Assembly: GCA_040754655.1 (NCBI GenBank)
Contig: JBFMCE010000068.1
Coordinates: 1 to 20,772 of the forward strand
Length of the DNA: 20,772 nt
Reading direction: 5' to 3'
Source: Bdellovibrionota bacterium
GTDB lineage: Bacteria; Bdellovibrionota; UBA1018; UBA923
Shown: piece by piece, positions 8,799 through 15,825 of the stretch
How positions within the stretch are numbered: position 1 is the stretch's first letter
Layout: each line of letters begins with the position of its first letter
Made by a program: the position numbers and the translations under genes
The notes under the pieces: generated by a model
Databases searched by the model: none
Told to the model about the DNA's origin: nothing
The model's input: the letters and a program-made list of their open reading frames with translations, nothing else

Positions 8799-9121
8799 GT
8801 ATCCTCCTCGAGATCAATTTCCTTGAGAATCTGTATCTTCTCTTCAAGCGTACGGCTCTTTTGCGTTGCGGTCTTTTCACTGCGCAGAAGCTCGAGCAAG
8901 ATCGACGCCGGCACATCCAGCGACTTTAGCTCTCCTTCGCTCAAAAGGGCTTCAAGATAGGCCTTCCCTTTTGTCGGGTTGTAGCGATTGCTCTCGCGAT
9001 TGAGCATTTCAAGCGCGATCTTCACATGTCTATTCGACCTTTCTTGAACTTGCGACGGCCCAGACGACACCGTACTGCAAGCCATCGCAGACAATGCCAG
9101 CACCAAGGTTAAACGCATCAT
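8795..9121 (-). CDS. Small lipoprotein, QseG/YfhG-like connector
   Basis: Lipoprotein signal MMRLTLVLALSAMA-C and a C-terminal coiled coil 'TLEEKIQILKEIDL' like the end of YfhG. ATGA overlaps with both flanking two-component genes. Confidence 0.72.
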   Translation of the reverse strand: MMRLTLVLALSAMACSTVSSGPSQVQERSNRHVKIALEMLNRESNRYNPTKGKAYLEALLSEGELKSLDVPASILLELLRSEKTATQKSRTLEEKIQILKEIDLEEDT

Positions 9122-10494
9122 ACCGAGGCTCCCATCGCATTTGACCGCAGCGCCATTGAATTCACATGTGATTCATACCTCTGGGGCATCTTGAGGCGAA
9201 ATACGGTCACTCCCTCGGCAGACTCGGCCGATACCGTTCCGTGATGAGCTTCAATGATGCGCTTCACGACACTCAAACCCAAACCCACGCCCTGCTGGCC
9301 TTGCGCATTCGAGGCGCGAAAAAACCTCTCAAACACTTGCGTGAGTTCGTTTGGCAATAGTCCTCTTCCATGGTTCGTGACGCTCACTTCCAACTGAGGA
9401 ACCGGGACCGTTTCGTGGCGCTTCACTTCAACGACAATAGGCCTCATGTTGTCGCCGTATTTGATCGCGTTCAAAAGCAGGTTTTCGATCACATGGGTGA
9501 TGCCCTCGGTGCTGAAGGCGGCGTCGATTTTAGACGACTGACTCAGCAAATCAATGATCATCCCCCTGCGTTCCGCGATGGGCTTCACCCCGTGAATCGC
9601 CGCTTCCAAGACAGAAATGAGATTCTTCGGGCGTTCATCGAAAGAATAAAACCCAGACTCCATTTTCGCATGGTTCAATAGATTTTGGATCATCATCTCA
9701 AGCCGCTTGGTGGCCTGGTTGCAAATCTCGAGCGTGCGTTCGGAAACATTCGAAGGAAGCGACTGCTGTTTTTCCGAAAGCAGCGTCAACCCTTCTTTCA
9801 AAGCCGTGAGCGGGGTCCTCAGCTCGTGCGAGACGGTCGACACGAAATCGCCCTTCATGCGATCAAGCTCTTCAAGCCTCGCAGCCATTGTATTGAATTC
9901 TTCGCGCAACGAAGTCAGCTCTTCGACGCCCCTGAAATTTTCTATGCGGTAAGACAACTCTCCCTCGCGAATGCGCTTTGCGGCCCGTTTGATGCTTTCG
10001 ATGGGCTTCAATACCCCCAAATACAAGACCGTGGCGAACCACCCGGCCAGACCTATCGCTATAAGAAGTGCTACGAGGATGATGCGCCTTAAGTCTCGGG
10101 CGACCGAACGGATGCGCTCCGCTTTTTCAGCGCGTTGCTGCTCAAGCTGTTGATCGATCTGCCTCAAGTCATGGGTTGAAACTTTGACACCGACGATTTT
10201 TTCAAGCTCGATCAACCCGAAATCGATTTCATCTTGAAGCTTGTTGAATTTCACTTTGTAGGCTGAATCACCGGTCACGTGATACTTCGCGATGGCGCGA
10301 GCTTGGTTGAGAGAGGCCGCTTCGATCTGTTTCAAAAGAGCTGAAGCCTTGAAATTTGCGTTGAGAAGTTCATCGGCTTCTATCGAGTGCCTGCGAGTCT
10401 TTGTCAGAGCGTATGCGCCTAGAAAAGCGATCAAAAACAGCAACACCGTTAAGACAAGATAAGCCTGAGTACGCAACCTCCACCATGAGGTCAT
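9118..10494 (-). CDS. glrK: Sensor histidine kinase, GlrK/QseE-like (TM-periplasmic-TM-HAMP-HisKA-HATPase)
   Basis: Two TM helices, HAMP (PIESIKRAAKRIREGEL...ELTSLREEFNTMA), H-box SHELRTPL, N-box NLLLNAIKY, G-boxes 'VTNHGRG', 'FERFFR', 'GVGLGLS'. Start set at ATG 10494 behind an AGGGGG SD. Confidence 0.88.
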   Translation of the reverse strand: MTSWWRLRTQAYLVLTVLLFLIAFLGAYALTKTRRHSIEADELLNANFKASALLKQIEAASLNQARAIAKYHVTGDSAYKVKFNKLQDEIDFGLIELEKIVGVKVSTHDLRQIDQQLEQQRAEKAERIRSVARDLRRIILVALLIAIGLAGWFATVLYLGVLKPIESIKRAAKRIREGELSYRIENFRGVEELTSLREEFNTMAARLEELDRMKGDFVSTVSHELRTPLTALKEGLTLLSEKQQSLPSNVSERTLEICNQATKRLEMMIQNLLNHAKMESGFYSFDERPKNLISVLEAAIHGVKPIAERRGMIIDLLSQSSKIDAAFSTEGITHVIENLLLNAIKYGDNMRPIVVEVKRHETVPVPQLEVSVTNHGRGLLPNELTQVFERFFRASNAQGQQGVGLGLSVVKRIIEAHHGTVSAESAEGVTVFRLKMPQRYESHVNSMALRSNAMGASV

Positions 10495-10556
10495 AGAACG
10501 ATTACCCCCTAATTCAAATCCCTTAAGTCTCGAAAGAGTACCAAATTTCAATTTAA

Positions 10557-10574
10557 TGTCCAAAAAACTCTACA
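10557..10574. promoter_or_regulatory. Putative GlrR-type enhancer site
   Basis: TGTC-caaaaaactc-TACA matches 7 of 8 positions of the enterobacterial GlrR box TGTC-N10-GACA. It lies about 90-110 bp upstream of a sigma54 promoter. Confidence 0.5.
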
Positions 10575-10663
10575 ATCAACTCAATAAAATTTGTTCCGAA
10601 CTAAAATCCTACATCGCAGAGTAGCAAATACCCTGCATCTTTTACCCAAACCCGCGCTTTAAA

Positions 10664-10681
10664 CTGGCGCAGGCCCTGCAT
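10664..10681 (+). promoter_or_regulatory. Sigma54 (-24/-12) promoter
   Basis: CTGGCGCAGGCCCTGCAT has exact GG-N10-GC spacing (consensus TGGCAC-N5-TTGCW), 45 nt upstream of ATG 10727 and next to a sigma54 activator operon. Confidence 0.7.
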
Positions 10682-10726
10682 AAGAGCAAAAGACGTATCA
10701 CTCACTACAAGGAGGTAGAAAAAGAT

Positions 10727-11062
10727 ATGGAGATTCCCCGTCGCCCTGAAATTGCAACGGATCGAGAAAAAAAGATCATTCGCGACGTAAAGTGGGGCCC
10801 GCTTTCTCAAAAGACAAGCCGGTCTCTAGCGCACATGAAAGACCAATCGCCCGCGACCGTCACAGCTGTTTGGAAGGATGGGTGTTCTTTGATCACTCGC
10901 GAGAACCTGCTGGAAGGCGAAAATATCTGGCTCGAACTCACCACTGAACAAAATCAACAACAAACCCTTTACACCGGAACGGTCACTTGGGTCGAAAACT
11001 GTTTTCGCCCCGAAGGCAACCGATGCGAAGTTCGTTTTCGCCAGATCGCCGTAAGGGCATGA
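10727..11062 (+). CDS. Small protein with a degenerate PilZ-like beta-barrel
   Basis: Strong SD AAGGAGGT. The pattern 'ATVTAVWKDGCSLIT..NLLEGENIWLEL...TGTVTWV...CEVRF' follows PilZ strand order, but the canonical RxxxR and (D/N)xSxxG motifs are absent. The CDS is likely real; the fold assignment is less sure. Confidence 0.65.
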   Translation: MEIPRRPEIATDREKKIIRDVKWGPLSQKTSRSLAHMKDQSPATVTAVWKDGCSLITRENLLEGENIWLELTTEQNQQQTLYTGTVTWVENCFRPEGNRCEVRFRQIAVRA

Positions 11063-11179
11063 ACAAGCGTTGAGCGCGCAAACGCCAATGCCACTGGCAG
11101 TTCAGCGTATATAGAGAAATAAAGGCGCACCACGCCGTCAAAAGCCTTCACCACTGCTTCACCCAGCGCCAGGCTCGTT

Positions 11180-11195
11180 AGGTACGACGCTTGCT
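11180..11195 (+). promoter_or_regulatory. Sigma54 (-24/-12) promoter
   Basis: AGGTACGACGCTTGCT has GG-N10-GC spacing with the ACG and TTGCT consensus positions, 29 nt upstream of ATG 11225. Confidence 0.65.
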
Positions 11196-11224
11196 TCTCT
11201 TAAACGCATCACAAGGGAGGCCTC

Positions 11225-11521
11225 ATGGGCATTCTTGGATGGATCGTATTTGGATTGATTGTCGGCTTGCTTGCGCGAGCCATTATGCCAGGTCGGGATT
11301 CAATGGGTCTCATTGCGACATCGGTACTCGGTATCGTCGGAGCATTGTTGGCTGGTTGGATCGGATATGGGCTTGGTTGGTATGAACGTGACTCAGGCGC
11401 GGGGCTCATAGCCTCGGTCGTGGGTGCATTTGTGGCTCTATGGATCTACAACGGAGTCGTGCGATCGCGTCGAGGACGCAACACGATCAACCGCAATGAC
11501 CGCGATCGGTTCGCGGCCTAG
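11225..11521 (+). CDS. GlsB/YeaQ/YmgE family stress-response membrane protein (transglycosylase-associated protein)
   Basis: MGILGWIVFGLIVGLLARAIMPG..MG.I.T.VLGIVGALLAGWIG...G.I.SVVGA family signature; SD AGGGAGG. Confidence 0.95.
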   Translation: MGILGWIVFGLIVGLLARAIMPGRDSMGLIATSVLGIVGALLAGWIGYGLGWYERDSGAGLIASVVGAFVALWIYNGVVRSRRGRNTINRNDRDRFAA

Positions 11522-11577
11522 GTTTCATAGATTTTGTTGAGCGAGCGCTCAGCAAATCAAGGAGCAACACGCCAAGG

Positions 11578-11615
11578 ATGGCACCAAGCCCTCACTCGTG
11601 GGTGCTTGGTGCCAT
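11578..11615. terminator. Long inverted repeat between convergent genes (terminator or processing hairpin)
   Basis: Perfect 12-bp stem ATGGCACCAAGC / GCTTGGTGCCAT. There is no clear U-tract on either side. Confidence 0.55.
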
Positions 11616-11618
11616 ACG

Positions 11619-12305
11619 TTAAGTCCGCAATGAAAATGGCGTGAAGTTCGTGGTCTTATCGAAGTAATCTTCGCGTTCCGTTCGTTTGAGAAAACCCACC
11701 ACTTTGTAAGTGATCGGCGTCATCAAGACTTCCGTCAAGACCTTGAGGCAATAATTGGTGGCCATCACTTTGAAAACGAGATCTTGAGGCCACACTCCCC
11801 AAAAAGCGAGCGGGTAAAAAATCAAAGAATCAATGCCTTCGCCAATGATCGTGGAACCGATGGTACGCATCCATAAAAACCTGCCCTTCGTCCGCAGCTT
11901 GAGTTTCGCCAAGACGAACGAATTCGAAAACTCTCCTAAAAAGAAAGCCACTAGCGAAGCGAATACGATGCGCGGCGCTGATCCAAAGGCCGTCTCTAAC
12001 GCTGCTTGATTGGGCCATCCTGGCGCAGGCGGAATGGCGAGCACGAACCAACTCATGAAAGAAGCAAAGGCCATTGCGCCAAATCCCGCCCAAACGACCT
12101 TGCGCGCGCGCGCGTAGCCATAAACTTCGGTCAGGATGTCGCCAAAAACATAACTGATCGGAAAGAAAATGATGCCGCCACCAAACGTAAACCCTGCGAC
12201 CACTCCGACCTTCGATGCTCCAATCAAATTAGAGCAAAGCAAGATCGTAACGAAAGCCGCCATGATGAGGTCATAATACTTGTAGGATTTTCTTTCTTCT
12301 GTCAT
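11619..12305 (-). CDS. yhhQ: Queuosine precursor transporter (YhhQ / VUT family, DUF165)
   Basis: 'LLCSNLIGASK', 'FPISYVFGDILTEVYGYARARKVVWAGF', 'PRIVFASLVAF..GEF.NS.VL..LK', 'LWMRTIGSTIIGEGIDSLIF'. True start is probably ATG 12305 (MTEERK); the longer ORF overlaps the phosphatase gene. Confidence 0.93.
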   Translation of the reverse strand: MTEERKSYKYYDLIMAAFVTILLCSNLIGASKVGVVAGFTFGGGIIFFPISYVFGDILTEVYGYARARKVVWAGFGAMAFASFMSWFVLAIPPAPGWPNQAALETAFGSAPRIVFASLVAFFLGEFSNSFVLAKLKLRTKGRFLWMRTIGSTIIGEGIDSLIFYPLAFWGVWPQDLVFKVMATNYCLKVLTEVLMTPITYKVVGFLKRTEREDYFDKTTNFTPFSLRT

Positions 12306-12342
12306 GCCGGCATTGAACCGAACAACCGGGTGTTCTGGCAAG

Positions 12343-13119
12343 TCAAAAGATCCTGCCGGTGTTTTGCAATTTCGAGAGGATCCCGTTAAGAAGAACCCAG
12401 ACGTCTTGAGAAGAATCCACGCGAAGCTTTGCATGAGTTTGCCCAGCGCCCACTTTGACTCCCAAAGTGGGCACAGAGGCGTAGCGAAAGACATTTTCAT
12501 CGGTCGGCTCGTCCCCGAAATACAAAAGTCTCTGGCAATTCAAGGTTCGGCACAACTCGGAAGCAGCCTCTCCTTTATGTGGCGCCGCCTGTGGCACGAT
12601 ATTCAGCGCCGAAATCCCATCTAAAACGAGTGCCTGATCGCCAACCGTTCGACGAAGTTCTTCAAGAGCCCTAGTTTTCCACCACTGCTGATTTCCCGCT
12701 TCGCGGTAATGCACCGCTAGGCTATAGTGCTTGTCTTCTAAGCGCCCTTGGTTCTCTTCAACCAAGCGTTTGAGGACCTCTAGTCTTTCAAGGCGCCATT
12801 GTTGCCAGTTTTGCGAGGACCATACTTTTTGGCCGCCTGTCTTCAGCCTAAGCTCGCAGCCGTGATTCCCGATCAAATGCAAGTTCTCAAGGCACGCATA
12901 GGTTCTTAAGTCTTTGAGACCACGGCCAGAAATGACCGCACATTCCGTTAGTTTTCCGAGTTTTTCGAGAAGTCCCGCTTGGTCTTCCCGAAGTCTCACC
13001 TGTTTCGGATCCGTACAGAGCTCGACCAACGTGCCATCAAAGTCGAGGCCGATAAGGGTAGGCTCCTTCTTAATCCAACTAAAAATATCGGTCATTACCG
13101 TGTTTTCGAAGGTGCTCAT
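12343..13119 (-). CDS. otsB: Trehalose-6-phosphate phosphatase (HAD subfamily IIB)
   Basis: GLDFDGTL, AVISGR, GNHGCE, EDK.YSLAVHYR, HKGEA, YFGDEPTDENVF, GVKVG.G.T.A. The start could be the second Met (MTDIF). Confidence 0.9.
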   Translation of the reverse strand: MSTFENTVMTDIFSWIKKEPTLIGLDFDGTLVELCTDPKQVRLREDQAGLLEKLGKLTECAVISGRGLKDLRTYACLENLHLIGNHGCELRLKTGGQKVWSSQNWQQWRLERLEVLKRLVEENQGRLEDKHYSLAVHYREAGNQQWWKTRALEELRRTVGDQALVLDGISALNIVPQAAPHKGEAASELCRTLNCQRLLYFGDEPTDENVFRYASVPTLGVKVGAGQTHAKLRVDSSQDVWVLLNGILSKLQNTGRIF

Positions 13120-13229
13120 ACCTCTTTCTTAAAGAAAGATCTCTATACTGCAAGCTCAATCCTCAACTTGACATCATGCGACAAATAGGCGACCAATATA
13201 CGCAGTTTTTAACCCCGAGGAATCTGCGC

Positions 13230-15776
13230 ATGCCAAGAGCTGGCTTACTTGTCTTTTCACTCCTCTCTGTTCTTTGCTTCGTCTCGCCATCAAAGGCAGA
13301 TGCCCCTATCAAAGAAGTGAACCAGCCGCTGATCCATATCGCCGAAAGCGTGAATGCAAAGCTCTACCGCGCAATTGGCCTGATGGAAAACAATGAAAAG
13401 TGGGCTGAGGTCAGCGAGATCTTGCGAGAGGTCCTGCAAGAAGACGTTTACAACCCTGCCGTGGTCGATCGAATTCGAATCGTAAAACAATTCGTCGACC
13501 GAGAACCCTTCAGAAAACGAATCCATAAATTTTTCGACCGGCGCCTTGAAACCCTTTCCTTCCTAGAAGCTAGAATCCTGCTGCTGGAATGCATCCGCGA
13601 GATGCGTCCCATGCTCAATAGATCCTGGGACGGGGAAGTCCGCCATTTCCAGAAAATCGTCTGGACCACCCTATTTCCGCACGCTGAGGAATACGGCGAC
13701 GTACTGTTACCGAAACCCGCGAAGTATGCGTTCTCAAAATACGCCTATACCCTTAGGAATGTGAGAACGCTTTTTATAGGAAAAGGCGGACGCAAGGTCA
13801 AAGCCCTCTTCACCAAGTACCTCAAGGAAGAAAAAAAATCGCTTTATTCCGGCATAGATGACGACGAGGACGATTACTCTGGCATCTCTGGGATCGATGA
13901 TGACTACGCAGATGATGAAAGCGGCGATGAAGGGGATATTGACGATCTCTTGTCGATCGAACGCCTGTCTTACCTTCGCGGCCGCATCGCCGGAGATCTC
14001 TTGGAAAGCGGCGTAAAACCAGAATCATTAGACACCGAAGAAGAAGACCGTCCCGCTAGCGGGCTGGACGACCTGCTGGGCGACGATGATGATGACGATG
14101 ATGATGATCTCATAGGCGATGACGACGAGTTTGATGACGATGATTCGGATCTAGGGATCGGCGGCTTCGATGGCGACGATCGGGTAATGGCTCTTCGCAA
14201 GGCCTACAAGTGGGTCAATAAAACAATACGAGCTCTCCGTCACAAACACACCCACGACGAGATTGAAGCGCTTACCTTGCTCTTTACCGCGTTGGCTAAT
14301 CCCGACCTCGTCAATTACGACCCCCAATTGAGAGATTTCATGAAGGGCGTGAAATTTAGGTTCCGGCTGGCCGAGTTTGAAAAAGACGCCGAAGAGCTGA
14401 TGGAAGAGAAGCCGAAAGAAGAAGCCTTGGATGAGGAAGAAAAGCCAAAAAAGAACTCCGAGGCAGATAAGAAAAAGAAGAAAGAAAATTCCCGTGAGTT
14501 TACCCCCGCGGAACTTGAACTCGTACGGCTCGTGAACGATGCCATTATTCCCAACCAGAACATTCGCGTCGAACTCGAAGTCGACAATAAGACGGACCAA
14601 CGCGTTCTTTATCTGGTTTCAAATCTCAACGGCCAAACCAATTTCGTTGCCAATGTTTTGGCTTTCAAGAATTTGATCGCAACGATCCAATTCTTCAAAA
14701 GCGTACCGCCTCCGATCTTAAAAGGCATCAGCGCCACGCCTAAGGGAATCTCTAAGGTCATCGACGTCCTGGCTCACTCACTTGAACAGTCTTATGAGCA
14801 TGGCAATTATGTTTTTAGGCGCATAGGACCTCCGATAGACGCCGTATTTCGTATTTTGGTCGCGACCGGAGGAAAGTCCGTCGAGTTCGTCACCCAAAGG
14901 GCCGCCACTTACGCCAAGGCCTTGGTCAATCAACCCGGCGTCGCCAAGGGCCTGAATACCTTGCGATCTCGCAAGCTCCTTTACAGTCTCGTGGCACTCA
15001 GCGTGGCTTCGGATGTTTCAGCCGGCATGTTAGAGCTGTGGAATGCGCCCGAACAACTCGATCGAGCCCCGATCGTGATTCGAACTGCCGCGAAAAGCTC
15101 AGGAACGCTCGCTTACCTCTCGAGGTCACGCACGATCGTTTTCCCGGTTGCTGCGCTGGATCTCGGCAATATGATCACCAGCCGGATTCCTTCGACCCCC
15201 GACTTGCTCGAGTGGACGTATCAATTTGGCTATCGCCAGCTCTATTCGTTTGTCTTTGGCCAAGGCCCCGAAGAAGAACTCTTTCAGGAAATCAAGACTC
15301 AGCTTCAATTCACTCCGAACGAAGCTTCCATTCTTTTGCGCGAGTACGAGACCGCGATTCAAAATGCGAAAGAACTCAAAGACCTCACCGCGGCTGAAAG
15401 CCAACTTAGCTCCAGGCTGGGCCTGTACGCGTCGAGGCGCTTGGTTTTTCATTATGTCTCGGTGAATTCGCTCGATGGCGGCGAGAGCAATACCTTGGGC
15501 CACGAGCTCAGGGAACAAAGCCTTGAATTGGATCGCATCCACTGGCCGTGGTTCAATCCTCCAGGAAAAACAGACGCTCCCCAAGCAGGGCTTGCGCGGC
15601 TTGATCGCAAGTTCTGGCAAAAGTGGGTGAAGTTTGGCGGCGAGCCTAGAAGGCTGCCTCAAACCCTTGAGAAGGCGCTCGAGCGAAAAAAAGAACAAAA
15701 CTCTCTTGAAGACCTCATAGACGATGACCTCGATGACCTTGACGATGAAGAAGATGAAGAAGAAGACGAGCTTTGA
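13230..15776 (+). CDS. Large secreted hypothetical protein with Asp/Glu-rich low-complexity tracts
   Basis: GAGG SD before ATG 13230 and signal peptide MPRAGLLVFSLLSVLCFVSPSKA. Uninterrupted 848-codon ORF with an internal acidic tract, an E/K-rich patch and an acidic C-terminal tail. No domain recognised. Confidence 0.8.
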   Translation: MPRAGLLVFSLLSVLCFVSPSKADAPIKEVNQPLIHIAESVNAKLYRAIGLMENNEKWAEVSEILREVLQEDVYNPAVVDRIRIVKQFVDREPFRKRIHKFFDRRLETLSFLEARILLLECIREMRPMLNRSWDGEVRHFQKIVWTTLFPHAEEYGDVLLPKPAKYAFSKYAYTLRNVRTLFIGKGGRKVKALFTKYLKEEKKSLYSGIDDDEDDYSGISGIDDDYADDESGDEGDIDDLLSIERLSYLRGRIAGDLLESGVKPESLDTEEEDRPASGLDDLLGDDDDDDDDDLIGDDDEFDDDDSDLGIGGFDGDDRVMALRKAYKWVNKTIRALRHKHTHDEIEALTLLFTALANPDLVNYDPQLRDFMKGVKFRFRLAEFEKDAEELMEEKPKEEALDEEEKPKKNSEADKKKKKENSREFTPAELELVRLVNDAIIPNQNIRVELEVDNKTDQRVLYLVSNLNGQTNFVANVLAFKNLIATIQFFKSVPPPILKGISATPKGISKVIDVLAHSLEQSYEHGNYVFRRIGPPIDAVFRILVATGGKSVEFVTQRAATYAKALVNQPGVAKGLNTLRSRKLLYSLVALSVASDVSAGMLELWNAPEQLDRAPIVIRTAAKSSGTLAYLSRSRTIVFPVAALDLGNMITSRIPSTPDLLEWTYQFGYRQLYSFVFGQGPEEELFQEIKTQLQFTPNEASILLREYETAIQNAKELKDLTAAESQLSSRLGLYASRRLVFHYVSVNSLDGGESNTLGHELREQSLELDRIHWPWFNPPGKTDAPQAGLARLDRKFWQKWVKFGGEPRRLPQTLEKALERKKEQNSLEDLIDDDLDDLDDEEDEEEDEL
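14082..14143 (+). repeat. Imperfect (GAY)n trinucleotide run encoding poly-Asp
   Basis: gacgatgatgatgacgatgatgatgat...gatgacgacgagtttgatgacgatgat, in frame within the acidic protein. Confidence 0.7.
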
Positions 15777-15825
15777 AAAGAAATTGAAGCAAAAAACCCA
15801 GGCGACGAGAAAAAGAGCGGTCTCC

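Noticed and set aside
10495..10726. GlmY-like sRNA upstream of glrK
   Set aside because: No terminator or long hairpins are visible on the glrK strand, and the sigma54 promoter points the other way into an SD-led CDS. An Rfam search would be needed to exclude it formally.
12306..12500. preQ1 riboswitch or long N-terminal extension of yhhQ
   Set aside because: The region is mostly otsB coding sequence, and the 37-nt gap lacks a preQ1-I stem and A-rich tail.
13148..13165. Possible sigma54 promoter for otsB (minus strand GAGGATTGAGCTTGCA)
   Set aside because: Spacing is GG-N9-GC; sigma54 requires N10.
13845..14183. CRISPR or tandem-repeat array
   Set aside because: The repeats are codon-level low complexity inside an ORF, with no constant repeat-spacer period and no cas genes.
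15724..15825. N-terminal MTSMTLTMKKMKKK extension of AlkA
   Set aside because: Its first half is the alternative frame of the upstream gene's acidic tail; family similarity begins after ATG 15826.
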